From Candidatus Parcubacteria bacterium (lineage in GTDB: Bacteria; Patescibacteriota; Minisyncoccia; UBA9983), in the NCBI GenBank assembly GCA_003599625.1, contig QZIU01000008.1, positions 1,690 to 65,689 of the forward strand: a DNA stretch of 64,000 nucleotides. Direction: 5' to 3'. Under the pieces are notes generated by a model. It worked only from the letters and a program-made list of their open reading frames with translations. It searched no databases and was not told the DNA's origin. This document shows, in pieces, positions 1 to 8,986 of this stretch; position 1 is the stretch's first letter, and every line of letters starts with the position of its first letter. The position numbers and the translations under genes were made by a program.

Positions 1-9
1 GGAGAAAAA

Positions 10-1656
10 ATGTTCGATGTCGGCGGCATAGGATATTCTTCGAAGGGACACATCGCCTTGGAGGGAAGCCAAGACGCGATCGACCCTCTTAACCACCCTG
101 AACTTCTCATTGCCGGCAAGATCGCCGCTTACTGCGCCAACGCAAAGGTTGTTTATTCCAAGGAGAAAAAAGATTGGGTCGCCAGCGGCGACCCGACAGA
201 AGCGGCCATATATGTTCTGGCGGAAAAGATCGGCTTCAACAAAAAGAATCTTGAAAAGGAATCTTTTTTGATATCCGAGATACCTTTTAATTTCGTTAAT
301 AAATATCACGCCACCCTTCATGTGGAGAAGGGGGGAGATGATTTTTTGACGGTTGTGGGGGCGCCGGAAGTTGTTTTAAAAAAGTCCGCCACTTTCTGGT
401 TCCGGGGAGATCATCTTTATCTGGATGAGAAAAAGAGACGCGAATTCGAAAAAATAATCGAGGATATGTCGATGCAAGGTTTGCGCGTCTTGGCTTTCGC
501 CACCAAAGAAAAGCCGGGGAGGGTCCTCAAAGAAAATAATATCGATAGCTTAAGTTTCGCGGGTTTTTTCGGCATGAAGGACGCCTTGCGACTGGAAGCT
601 TTTAGTTCCATAGAAGAAGCTGCCAAAGCGGGGATCAAAACCGTGATGATCACCGGCGACCATAAAGTGACGGCAAGAGCCATAGCAAAAGAAGCCGGGA
701 TCTTTAAAGAGGGAGATATTGTTTTGACCGGGCAGGAGATCGATGCCATGCCGGAAAAAGATTTCTTGGAAGCAATAGGAAGCACATCCGTCTTTGCCAG
801 AGTCACGCCGCATCATAAGTTGAAGATAGTCGAGGCTTACAAAAAAAGAGGGGAGATTGTCGCCATGACCGGAGACGGAGTTAACGACGCGCCCTCCCTT
901 GTGGCCGCGGACCTGGGTGTCGGGATGGGAAAGATCGGGACGGAGGTGGCGAAGGAGGCGGCCGATATCGTTTTGCTCGACGACAACCTGTCCAGCATCG
1001 TCCGGGCCATAGAAGAAGGCAGGAATATTTACAAAACCATTAAAAAAGTGATACTTTATCTTTTCTCCACCAGTCTTGGAGAAGTTCTGACCTTGGGCGG
1101 AGCGTTGTTCTTCGCCTCTCCTTTGCCAATATTGCCCGCCCAGATCATTTGGCTTAATTTTGTGACGGACGGATTCCTGAATGTCGCTCTGGCGCTGGAG
1201 CCAAGAGAGAAAGGACTGCTTGTCGAAAAATTCAAAAAGCCGGGAAGGTTCATTGTCGATTTTTTAATGATACAAAGAATGTTCACCATGGCCGCGCCCA
1301 TGATGCTTGGAACTTTGATTTTATTTCCGTTTTATGTTTCCGCCGATATGAGAAAAGCTTGGACGGTTTCTCTCACGGTCTTGGCTGTCTTTCAGTGGTT
1401 CAACGCATGGAATTGCCGGAGCGAGACGGAGTCACTCTTCAAATCGAAGTTTTTCGCCAATAAATACCTTGTGGCAGCCACCGGGATAGTGATCTTCCTC
1501 CAACTTCTTGCCGTTTATAACCCGTTTATGCAGAAAATTTTACGCACGGCGCCGCTTGAACTGAAAGATTGGCTGATTATCGTCCCTGTCGCCGCTTCAA
1601 TCATCCTCTTTGAGGAAATCAGAAAGATGTTGCATAGAAAAATGGCAAGAATATAG
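10..1656 (+). CDS. Cation-transporting P-type ATPase (type II, Ca2+-like), 5' part outside the window
   Basis: GDPTE, MITGD, FARVTP, TGDGVNDAPSL and QIIWLNFVTDG motifs; DKTGT not in the window, so it is N-terminally truncated. Confidence 0.93.
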   Translation: MFDVGGIGYSSKGHIALEGSQDAIDPLNHPELLIAGKIAAYCANAKVVYSKEKKDWVASGDPTEAAIYVLAEKIGFNKKNLEKESFLISEIPFNFVNKYHATLHVEKGGDDFLTVVGAPEVVLKKSATFWFRGDHLYLDEKKRREFEKIIEDMSMQGLRVLAFATKEKPGRVLKENNIDSLSFAGFFGMKDALRLEAFSSIEEAAKAGIKTVMITGDHKVTARAIAKEAGIFKEGDIVLTGQEIDAMPEKDFLEAIGSTSVFARVTPHHKLKIVEAYKKRGEIVAMTGDGVNDAPSLVAADLGVGMGKIGTEVAKEAADIVLLDDNLSSIVRAIEEGRNIYKTIKKVILYLFSTSLGEVLTLGGALFFASPLPILPAQIIWLNFVTDGFLNVALALEPREKGLLVEKFKKPGRFIVDFLMIQRMFTMAAPMMLGTLILFPFYVSADMRKAWTVSLTVLAVFQWFNAWNCRSETESLFKSKFFANKYLVAATGIVIFLQLLAVYNPFMQKILRTAPLELKDWLIIVPVAASIILFEEIRKMLHRKMARI

Positions 1657-1659
1657 AAA

Positions 1660-1712
1660 AATTTTCAATTTTCAATTTTCAATTTTCAATAAATTTTCAA
1701 TGAATCAATTTT
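1660..1712. repeat. Intergenic heptamer array (AATTTTC)x4 plus degenerate tail
   Basis: aattttcaattttcaattttcaattttcaataaattttcaatgaatcaatttt. Confidence 0.9.
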
Positions 1713-1734
1713 ATCGCCAATCGTGACAGCATTT

Positions 1735-2490
1735 ATGAGCGAAATCATCAACATAATCTATCAAGACAACGACATCATAGCCGTCAACAAACCGGCGGGG
1801 ATGACAGTTCATAAAGTTCAAGGTTATAAGGTTCATAAAGAAGGAGAGGCCTTTTTAACAGACTTGCTTGTTGAAAATTTCCCCGAAGTGAAAGAGGTGG
1901 GCGATGAGCCCGAGCTGAGGCCGGGTATCGTCCATCGCTTGGACAAAGAAACTTCCGGAGTCCTTCTGATTGCCAGAAACCAAAAAGCTTTTGAATATCT
2001 TAAATCCCTTTTTCAGCAAAAAGAAATAATAAAAAAGTACGTTGTCTTGGTGGTAGGGGATTTAAAACAAGAAAAAGGAGTCATAGACCTGCCTATAGGG
2101 AGAAGCAGAAGCGATTTTCGCAAAAAATTGGCTTCCGCCGAGGCTAAAGGGGAATTAAGAGAAGCGGTCACCGAGTATCGCGTTATAGAAAGATTTTCCG
2201 GAAAAAATGAGTTTTCGGATAAAGTGAATCTTTACACCCTTGCCGAAGCTTATCCAAAAACCGGTCGAACCCATCAAATAAGAGCGCATTTCAAGGCCAT
2301 TGGCCATCCCGTCGTCTGCGATTTTTTATATGGCGGCAAAAAACCGATTTGTCCGTTCGGCTTGTCCAGGCACTTTTTACACGCTAATTTTTTAGAATTC
2401 ACAACACCCGGAGGGATCAGGCTTAAGTTGGAGGCCGATCTTCCCGAGGATTTAAGAAAAGCGCTGGAGGGATTGCGGAAAAATAAATAA
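1735..2490 (+). CDS. RluA/RluD family pseudouridine synthase
   Basis: NKPAG, HRLDKETSG, TGRTHQIR motifs; start could be GTG 1723. Confidence 0.93.
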   Translation: MSEIINIIYQDNDIIAVNKPAGMTVHKVQGYKVHKEGEAFLTDLLVENFPEVKEVGDEPELRPGIVHRLDKETSGVLLIARNQKAFEYLKSLFQQKEIIKKYVVLVVGDLKQEKGVIDLPIGRSRSDFRKKLASAEAKGELREAVTEYRVIERFSGKNEFSDKVNLYTLAEAYPKTGRTHQIRAHFKAIGHPVVCDFLYGGKKPICPFGLSRHFLHANFLEFTTPGGIRLKLEADLPEDLRKALEGLRKNK

Positions 2491-2508
2491 TATGTTAGAT
2501 TCTTATCT

Positions 2509-2913
2509 ATGACAGTAAACATGGAACAGAGGAAAAAATGGGATGTTTCTCCCGGCAATACCGTCAAAGTCTGGCAAAAGATCAAAGAAGGAGACAAATT
2601 CAGATTGCAGGCTTTTGAGGGCCTTGTGATTGCCCATAAGCACGGCTTTGAACCGGGCGCCACTTTTACCGTAAGAAAGATCTCTAGCGGTATCGGCGTG
2701 GAAAGAATTTTCCCGGTATTTTCTCCAGCCATTGAAAAAATAGACGTAACGAAGACCGCCAAAACCAGGAAGTCCAAACTTTACTACGTAAGAACAAAAG
2801 CCGCTAAGGAAATAAGAAGGAAAATGAAAACGTTGAAGGTCGCCGCTAAAAAGGAATCTCCCGCGGCCGCGGAAGCGCCGAAGGAAACCGAGAAGGCGGA
2901 AGAGGGGAAGTAG
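2509..2913 (+). CDS. rplS: 50S ribosomal protein L19
   Basis: PGNTVKV, RLQAFEGLVIA, TFTVRKISSGIGVERIFP, KLYYVR. Confidence 0.97.
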   Translation: MTVNMEQRKKWDVSPGNTVKVWQKIKEGDKFRLQAFEGLVIAHKHGFEPGATFTVRKISSGIGVERIFPVFSPAIEKIDVTKTAKTRKSKLYYVRTKAAKEIRRKMKTLKVAAKKESPAAAEAPKETEKAEEGK

Positions 2914-2933
2914 AGAATTAAGAATCAAGAATT

Positions 2934-2964
2934 AAAATACCCGGCAATACTTGCGGGTATTTTT
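2934..2964 (+). terminator. Probable intrinsic terminator after rplS
   Basis: aaaatacccg...cgggtattttt hairpin with T tract. Confidence 0.65.
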
Positions 2965-2986
2965 AAATTATAGCTGGCTACGCAAT

Positions 2987-3030
2987 TGCGGAAAAGTTGT
3001 GGATAACTCAGCCAACCCGGCGGGTTGAAA
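2987..3030 (+). repeat. DnaA-box pair + CCAACCCGNCGGGTTG palindrome repeat, copy 1
   Basis: tgcggaaaagttgtggataactcagccaacccggcgggttgaaa; related copies at 14598, 15096, 16702 (reverse) and 20727. Confidence 0.85.
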
Positions 3031-3046
3031 AGGGGTTAGAAGCGGC

Positions 3047-3075
3047 TTGAAAGCGAGAAAAAACTTAGGCATAAT
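3047..3075 (+). promoter_or_regulatory. Sigma70-like promoter of the tRNA cluster
   Basis: TTGAAA-N17-CATAAT, 20 nt upstream of tRNA-Leu. Confidence 0.65.
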
Positions 3076-3094
3076 AAGAACGCACCACAAAATT

Positions 3095-3177
3095 GCGCGG
3101 GTGGCGAAATGGCAGACGCACTACCTTGAGGTGGTAGCGCCCTTACGGGCATGGAGGTTCAAGTCCTCTCCCGCGCA
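3095..3177 (+). tRNA. tRNA-Leu(GAG), CCA not encoded
   Basis: Acceptor GCGCGGG/CCCGCGC, anticodon arm CTACC-TTGAGGT-GGTAG, long variable arm, GGTTCAAGTCC T arm. Confidence 0.96.
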
Positions 3178-3191
3178 TTTCTTATTTTTAT

Positions 3192-3266
3192 GGTGGCTAT
3201 AGTTTAGTGGTAAAACTCCGCTCTGTGAAAGCGGTATCGAGAGTTCGATTCTCTCTAGCCACCCCA
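3192..3266 (+). tRNA. tRNA-His(GTG) with G-1 and encoded CCA
   Basis: G-GTGGCTA/TAGCCAC-C-CCA; anticodon arm CCGCT-CTGTGAA-AGCGG; GAGTTCGATTCTC. Confidence 0.96.
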
Positions 3267-3279
3267 TCGGGTTGTAGTA

Positions 3280-3299
3280 CCAGCCTACCGGCAGGCAGG
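3280..3299. repeat. 20-nt palindromic element CCAGCCTACCGGCAGGCAGG in the D arm of the outer tRNA-Pro
   Basis: Same element at 14629-14648, 15124-15141 and 26478-26498; removal restores GTAT-ACCGGTA-GTAC. Confidence 0.88.
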
Positions 3300-3337
3300 T
3301 ACCGGTAGTACGCACGTTTCGGGGTTCTCAATTTTCT

Positions 3338-3408
3338 CGGGGTGTAGTATATCGGTAGTACGCACGCTTCGGGTGCGTGAAGGCCGAGTTCAATTCTCGG
3401 CACCCCGA
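3338..3408 (+). tRNA. Inner, intact tRNA-Pro(CGG), CCA not encoded
   Basis: CGGGGTG/CACCCCG-A acceptor, CACGC-TTCGGGT-GCGTG anticodon arm, CCGAG-TTCAATT-CTCGG T arm. Confidence 0.95.
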
Positions 3409-3536
3409 GAAAGTTGAGAACGGGAATGCCATACGGCATTCCCCGGGAATCTTGATAAAAGATTCGTGTAGACCGGGTTCGATTCCCGGCAGCCCGACCA
3501 TTGACTTCTTAATCCGACCGTGTATTATATTCTCAT

Positions 3537-3558
3537 AAGCCCGGGAAGGGGCTTTTTT
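3537..3558 (+). terminator. Probable terminator of the tRNA cluster
   Basis: aagccc-gggaag-gggctttttt. Confidence 0.55.
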
Positions 3559-3571
3559 AAGAAGCAAAAGA

Positions 3572-3754
3572 ATGTCAAAACTGACAAATTACATAAAAGA
3601 GACGAAAGTCGAACTCAAGTCCGTTAATTGGCCTACGAAAAAGCAGGCTTTAAACTATACTTTGTTGGTGATAGGCGCTTCCGTGGCCGTCGCCGCTTTC
3701 CTTGGCGTATTTGACATGCTATTTGCTTATTTATTGGGAAAATTCATAATATAA
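3572..3754 (+). CDS. secE: Preprotein translocase subunit SecE
   Basis: ELKSVNWPT motif, single TM helix, directly upstream of nusG. Confidence 0.95.
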   Translation: MSKLTNYIKETKVELKSVNWPTKKQALNYTLLVIGASVAVAAFLGVFDMLFAYLLGKFII

Positions 3755-3758
3755 AACC

Positions 3759-4304
3759 ATGTCGAAACAAAAAGTCCAAGCCGGAAGAAACTGGTATGCC
3801 GTCCATACTTATGCCGGCTATGAAGATGCCGTGGTTAGAAATCTCAAGCAAAGAATGGAATCCTTGGGAATGGAAGACGTTATCTTCAATGCCATAGTTC
3901 CGACAGAGAAAAAAATAAAGATACAAGGAGGGAAGCGAAAGGTTGTAGAAGAAAAAATATATCCGGGCTACGTGCTGGTGGACATGGTCGTTACGGACAA
4001 TTCCTGGTACGTCGTGCGGAATACTCCCAGGGTGACGGGATTCGTCGGCGCGGGCACCACGCCGGTGCCGCTGGAGAAAAAAGAAATCGACTTTCTTTTC
4101 GAGAGAATGGGCATGGCGGAGCCGAAGTATAAGATGGATATCAAGGCGGGGGATGTTGTGAAGATAAACGACGGACCGTTCAAGGATTTTGAGGGAAGCG
4201 TCAGCGAGATAGACGAAGAAAGAGGCAAGATCAAAATTTTGGTTTCAATGTTCGGTAGGGAAACGCCGGTAGAAATAGATTATTTGCAAGTCAAAAAGAT
4301 TTAG
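3759..4304 (+). CDS. nusG: Transcription termination/antitermination factor NusG
   Basis: WYAVHTYAGYE, YPGYVLV, VRNTPRVTGFVG, KOW domain, MFGRETPVE. Confidence 0.98.
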   Translation: MSKQKVQAGRNWYAVHTYAGYEDAVVRNLKQRMESLGMEDVIFNAIVPTEKKIKIQGGKRKVVEEKIYPGYVLVDMVVTDNSWYVVRNTPRVTGFVGAGTTPVPLEKKEIDFLFERMGMAEPKYKMDIKAGDVVKINDGPFKDFEGSVSEIDEERGKIKILVSMFGRETPVEIDYLQVKKI

Positions 4305-4383
4305 ATTAAAGTTGTAGGAATTAGGCGTAGTGCTTGATTTTAATTCCTAAGAAGCTAACTCCTAATTCCTAAAAAGCTAACAT

Positions 4384-4809
4384 ATGGCAAAAAAAATAAA
4401 AACAATAGTAAAATTGCAGATTCCGGCCGGTAAGGCGACCCCGGCTCCTCCGATCGGTCCGGCCTTGGGCCAACACGGAGTCAATATCGGTGAATTCGTC
4501 AGCAAGTTCAACGAAGCGACGAGAGAGAAAGGAACCGATGTTATTCCGGTTGAGATTTCAATTTACGATGATCGGACTTTTTCATTCAAAATGAAGACTC
4601 CTCCGGCTTCCGACCTGTTGAGAAAAGCCGTCGGTGTTGAGAAAGGTTCCGGCAAGAATGTGGCGAGCAAGGTTGGAAAGATCACAAGGGAAAAACTCAG
4701 AGAAATAGCGGAAAGAAAAATGGAAGACCTCAACGCGAACGATGTGGAAGCCGCGATGAATATAATAGCGGGTACGGCCAGAAGCATGGGAGTCGTGATT
4801 GAGAAATAA
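4384..4809 (+). CDS. rplK: 50S ribosomal protein L11
   Basis: [32 protein letters not shown]. Confidence 0.98.
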   Translation: MAKKIKTIVKLQIPAGKATPAPPIGPALGQHGVNIGEFVSKFNEATREKGTDVIPVEISIYDDRTFSFKMKTPPASDLLRKAVGVEKGSGKNVASKVGKITREKLREIAERKMEDLNANDVEAAMNIIAGTARSMGVVIEK

Positions 4810-4818
4810 AGAATTAAT

Positions 4819-4853
4819 CAAAAGCCATCATTCGAAAGATTTGATGGCTTTTG
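4819..4853 (+). terminator. Intrinsic terminator after rplK
   Basis: caaaagccatca...tgatggcttttg inverted repeat. Confidence 0.75.
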
Positions 4854-4937
4854 TTGTGTTTGAGAATAAAGTGCTTTATCATTAAAGCAAATAGGACCTT
4901 ATTTTATTTCTGTACTTTAAATGCGAAAGGGGAATAT

Positions 4938-5201
4938 ATGCGTTGGAATGAAGGATTTAAATTGAGTTCTTTTTATTGCATTGGCAAGGTAACTCATGAT
5001 GGCGCGGGAAAACCGGTTGGTGTAAACAAAAACACCGGACTGCCCAAAATGCCGAGAGGTTATCTGAAGGGGATCTCCGATTTTTTCAAGCGGAAACAGG
5101 GGATTGAAACCGAAAAAAACAAGTGCGGCATTGCGGAAGCCATAGAAAATTTAAGTATTCCGTCCACGAATCTCAACTCTTACGGCATACCCGTTAAATA
5201 G
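4938..5201 (+). CDS. Small hypothetical protein (87 aa)
   Basis: ORF with AAAGGGGA upstream of ATG 4938; no recognisable motif. Confidence 0.5.
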   Translation: MRWNEGFKLSSFYCIGKVTHDGAGKPVGVNKNTGLPKMPRGYLKGISDFFKRKQGIETEKNKCGIAEAIENLSIPSTNLNSYGIPVK

Positions 5202-5228
5202 TTATTTATTATTTTTTTGCTTCTTTAT

Positions 5229-5258
5229 GATCGGCCACGGGAGGATGGCCGATTTTAT
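5229..5258. terminator. Probable bidirectional terminator between the small ORF and recA
   Basis: atcggcca...tggccgat followed by tttat. Confidence 0.55.
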
Positions 5259-6280
5259 TTTACTTGAATCGTCTCTTTCGCCGCCGCTTTTATCTTTTCT
5301 TCCAATTCTTGGATCAATTTGGGATTTTCTGCTAGGTGCGTTTTGGCGTTGTCGTATCCGCGGCCGAGACTTTGGCCGTCGTAGGAGTAGGAAGCGCCCG
5401 CTTTCTTTATGATCTCATATTTTTCGCCCAAGTTTAAAATATCGCCGGTATAAGAAATTCCCTCGTTAAAAATGATGTCAAACTCGGCGGTTCTGAAGGG
5501 GGCTGCCACTTTATTTTTCACAATCTTTACTTTTACGCGGTTGCCGATAACATCTTCTCCTTTCTTGATCTGCGCCGCTCTTCTGACCTCAATTCTTACC
5601 GAACAATAAAATTTAAGAGCTTTTCCTCCGGGGGTGGTTTCCGGATTACCGAACATAATGCCGATCTGCATTCTGATCTGATTGATGAAGATAACGACGG
5701 TTTTTGATTTGGCGGTAATTGCCGTCAGTTTTCTGAGGGCTTGGGACATCAGCCGGGCCTGCAATCCGACATGGGATTGGCCCATTTCTCCTTCGATCTC
5801 GGCTTTAGGGGTAAGCGCGGCCACCGAATCGATAACAACGACATCGATACTGCCGGAGCGAACAAGGCTTTCCGTGATCTCCAAAGCCTGTTCTCCCGTG
5901 TCAGGTTGTGAGACGAGCAGGTCGTCGATCTTGACGCCAAGTTTTTTGGCATACTCCGGATCTAGGGCGTGTTCAGCATCGATGAAGGCGCAGACCCCGC
6001 CTTTTTTCTGGGCCTGAGCTATAGCGGTCAAGGCCAAAGTTGTCTTGCCGGAAGATTCCGGACCGTAAACCTCAATGATCCTGCCTCGCGGCAAACCGCC
6101 GACTCCAAGCGCCATATCAAGACTTAGGGAGCCGGAAGGTATGACATCAACATCAACCTTGGGTGTTTCGCCAAGCTTCATTATGGATCCGTCGCCGAAT
6201 TTGCTCTTGATATCGCGAAGAGCATTCTCAATGCCTGTGTCCCTGCCCTTCGATTCTTTTGGTTCTTTTTTTGAAATCAT
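5255..6280 (-). CDS. recA: Recombinase RecA
   Basis: [41 protein letters not shown]. Confidence 0.99.
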   Translation of the reverse strand: MISKKEPKESKGRDTGIENALRDIKSKFGDGSIMKLGETPKVDVDVIPSGSLSLDMALGVGGLPRGRIIEVYGPESSGKTTLALTAIAQAQKKGGVCAFIDAEHALDPEYAKKLGVKIDDLLVSQPDTGEQALEITESLVRSGSIDVVVIDSVAALTPKAEIEGEMGQSHVGLQARLMSQALRKLTAITAKSKTVVIFINQIRMQIGIMFGNPETTPGGKALKFYCSVRIEVRRAAQIKKGEDVIGNRVKVKIVKNKVAAPFRTAEFDIIFNEGISYTGDILNLGEKYEIIKKAGASYSYDGQSLGRGYDNAKTHLAENPKLIQELEEKIKAAAKETIQVK

Positions 6281-6281
6281 G

Positions 6282-6632
6282 TTATTTATATACCAACTCC
6301 AGTATCTCCTTTACCTGTCTGCCGAATTTATCCATGCCTGACACCTCTATTATATTGTAGCCGGAGGCAAGGAGCAAATTTCCTTTAAAATTTCCGTCCT
6401 TGTCGGTAAAAATTTGTCGCCCGTTGAGAAACACGCTGGATACATTCAGCGCCTTTCCTGTAATTTCCGTGTATGATTTTTTTACTCCTTCGCCGCTCCT
6501 GGGGGATTCGATTATTATCTTCGGCCCCTCGAGAAAAGCCTTGGCTTTGTAAAGCCCGTAGGCGCCGAAAGAGAACAGCAAAAGAGCGATGATACCGGCG
6601 CTGGTTAAAATTTTTGTTTTTTGCAAAGTCAT
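6282..6632 (-). CDS. Membrane-anchored small Ig-like (beta-sandwich) protein
   Basis: N-terminal TM; P-x-I-x-I-x-S-P, GYNIIEV, DKFG pattern. Confidence 0.7.
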   Translation of the reverse strand: MTLQKTKILTSAGIIALLLFSFGAYGLYKAKAFLEGPKIIIESPRSGEGVKKSYTEITGKALNVSSVFLNGRQIFTDKDGNFKGNLLLASGYNIIEVSGMDKFGRQVKEILELVYK

Positions 6633-6659
6633 TTTATTAAAGCTCTTTTTAAATTCTAA

Positions 6660-8891
6660 TTAAACTTGCTCTTCCTTTGACCCCGCTTCTCCCAGTAACT
6701 TATCCGCTTCCGCTTCCAGCGCGGCGCTTTCCGGATTCTCATTGCCAATAAGCACTTGTCTCGCTTTGGCGCCGTCTCCCTGGCTTATCACCCCGCGCTC
6801 CTCGAGCATGTCTATCAGCCGGGCGGCCCTGGCATAGCCGATCTTCAGCTTCCTTTGCAGGAATGACGTGGAAGCTTTGCCTGTCTCGATCACAGTTTCT
6901 CTCGCTTCCTCGTACATATCGTCGTCCATGTCATCTGCCGCTTCATCAAAGTTGATTTGGAGAGCTTGGGTCGAACCGTTGGCCGCCTGTTCGGTGGCCA
7001 GGCTTAGGTCTTCAAAGTCCACATTCTTGTACTTGTCGGCCAGATAGTTGACTACATTCTTGACTTCTTTCTCGGAAATATACGGGCCCTGGATCCTTCT
7101 CGGTTTGGCTGTATCTCCGGCCAGGAAGAGCATATCGCCGTGGCCGAGCAACTTTTCCGCCCCTGCCATATCGAGGATCGTCCTGGAGTCTATCTGAGAA
7201 GCCACCTGAAGAGCCACTCTGCTGGTGATGTTGGCTTTTATCAGACCGGTGATTACTTCAACGGACGGCCTTTGTGTTGAAAGAACAAGGTGAATGCCCA
7301 CCGCTCTCGACATTTGCGCAAGTCTTACTATGGAAGCCTCCACCTCCCTCGGGTAGGTGCTCATCAAGTCGGCCAACTCGTCGATTATGACCACAAGGTA
7401 AGGCATGGGCGGGTTGTTTTCCTTCTTTTCTTTGTGATATGAATGAATATCTCTGACGCCGGCCGTCATCAGGGTGTCATATCTTCTTTCCATTTCCTTT
7501 GTCAGCCATTTAAGCGTAAGAATCGCTTTTTTGGTGTCTATTATCGCGGGGGTTAGCATATGAGGAATACTATTGTATACGGTAAGCTCCACGCGTTTTG
7601 GATCTATCATGATGAACCTCAGATTTTCGGGAGAGTTACGATAGAGCAAACTCACAATAAAAGCATGAATATAAATGGACTTGCCGCTGCCCGTAGCTCC
7701 GGCCACGAGAAGGTGAGGCATCTTGGCGACATTGGAATATATCGGCTTGCCCGCCACATCCCGTCCAAGAGCCACAAGAAGCGGATCCGGTTTCTTGTAT
7801 CCTTCGTCGGCAAACAAGCTTGCCAACCCGATTATCGTCTTGGAGCTGTTTGGAATCTCAATGCCGACCAAAGATCTCCCGGGGATAGGGGCTTCTATTC
7901 TTAAGGGGTGAGCCGCAAGAGCAAGGGACAGATCGTTTTGCAAAGCAAGAATTCGGGAAAGTTTGATCCCTTCGGCGGGCTTCAGCGTGTATTGAGTAAC
8001 GGAAGGACCGATATTTATTTCCCCCAGTTCAACCTCGATGCCAAAGTTCTGAAGAGTTCTTTTGATTATGTTGGCATTGGCTTTGATGTCGCCGCTCGAA
8101 GGCTTGCCCTTGTCTCCCTCAAGAAGGCTCAATGGGGGCATCTCGAAATCCATTTTTTGTTTTCTGGCGCTTCCGACATAGGAATCGGTCTTCAGGTCGG
8201 GGAGCTCTTCCTCTTCCTTTTCGGCGGCCTTTTTCGGCAGAGCGTTTTTTATCTTTTCCGTCAGTTTTTCTTTTATGGACGACCCCGCCTTTTCTTTCTT
8301 CTCTTCCGCTTCGGCCGTTTCTTCGTCTGATTCTTCGATCTCATCCTCATCCTCGTTATCCCTGACGCTTCGCTTGAAACTCAACTTAAGCGGCATGTTG
8401 AGCATCACTAATATGGAAACGAGACAGATGCCTATAAGGATGATGAGACTCAGAGAGAGGTCGAAGAATTTGAGCAGAGGATAAGAAACAAAATAGCCGA
8501 CATAGCCGCCTCCGCTTATGCCCCATACGGAACCTATCGCGCCAAGCGAGCTGATCAGAAAAATCGAACCGCCGATGATGGTATGAGAAACAATGCTCGG
8601 GCGAAGCGAGTATATAAAGGACACTGCCGCAAAGAGCAAAACTATCGGCGCCAGAAATGACCCGTTTCCAAAAAGAGCGGTGAATATTTTATTTATGAAG
8701 TCTCCGGCCGGACCCGCTTTGTCCAGATAAGACAAAATAAAAACAGCCGCCGCGACAAGAGAAATGATCCCCAGGATCGAATGCTTGGTCTCTCGCTTCA
8801 ATTCCCCGAAGAGTTTATTGACGGGTTGTTCTTTTTTGTGGACAGCGGCCTTAGGCGTTTCCTTCTTTTTTTCTTTTCTAACTTTTTTCAC
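6660..8891 (-). CDS. ftsK: DNA translocase FtsK/SpoIIIE
   Basis: 4 TM N-terminus, PHLLVAGATGSGKS, IDELADLM, GAEKLLGHGDML, gamma domain IGYARAARLID. Confidence 0.97.
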   Translation of the reverse strand: MKKVRKEKKKETPKAAVHKKEQPVNKLFGELKRETKHSILGIISLVAAAVFILSYLDKAGPAGDFINKIFTALFGNGSFLAPIVLLFAAVSFIYSLRPSIVSHTIIGGSIFLISSLGAIGSVWGISGGGYVGYFVSYPLLKFFDLSLSLIILIGICLVSILVMLNMPLKLSFKRSVRDNEDEDEIEESDEETAEAEEKKEKAGSSIKEKLTEKIKNALPKKAAEKEEEELPDLKTDSYVGSARKQKMDFEMPPLSLLEGDKGKPSSGDIKANANIIKRTLQNFGIEVELGEINIGPSVTQYTLKPAEGIKLSRILALQNDLSLALAAHPLRIEAPIPGRSLVGIEIPNSSKTIIGLASLFADEGYKKPDPLLVALGRDVAGKPIYSNVAKMPHLLVAGATGSGKSIYIHAFIVSLLYRNSPENLRFIMIDPKRVELTVYNSIPHMLTPAIIDTKKAILTLKWLTKEMERRYDTLMTAGVRDIHSYHKEKKENNPPMPYLVVIIDELADLMSTYPREVEASIVRLAQMSRAVGIHLVLSTQRPSVEVITGLIKANITSRVALQVASQIDSRTILDMAGAEKLLGHGDMLFLAGDTAKPRRIQGPYISEKEVKNVVNYLADKYKNVDFEDLSLATEQAANGSTQALQINFDEAADDMDDDMYEEARETVIETGKASTSFLQRKLKIGYARAARLIDMLEERGVISQGDGAKARQVLIGNENPESAALEAEADKLLGEAGSKEEQV

Positions 8892-8986
8892 AAGTTAATT
8901 ATACTTCCTATTTTCAGCAAACTCAAAAGGAAAAATCATTGAATTGATTTTTTTAGAATGTCCGTTAAAATGTCTCTAATGCAAAA

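Larger units (their letters stand above)
3268..3500 (+). tRNA. Interrupted outer tRNA-Pro gene (probably CGG): 5' half 3268-3323 with a 20-nt insert, 3' half about 3463-3500 with CCA; may be a pseudogene
   Basis: Acceptor CGGGTTG/CAGCCCG-A-CCA, T arm CCGGG-TTCGATT-CCCGG, anticodon stem CACG/CGTG; halves separated by about 140 nt holding another tRNA. Confidence 0.8.

Noticed and set aside
3324-3462. Group I/II intron or canonical bulge-helix-bulge intron in tRNA-Pro
   Set aside because: About 140 nt, fully accounted for by a tRNA and simple hairpins; no catalytic core or clear BHB seen
3463-3500. Prophage/ICE attR (duplicated tRNA 3' end)
   Set aside because: The 3' half differs from the inner tRNA and pairs with the upstream 5' half; no integrase or cargo
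3121-3567. Minus-strand ORFs of 64-80 aa
   Set aside because: Antisense shadows of the tRNA genes
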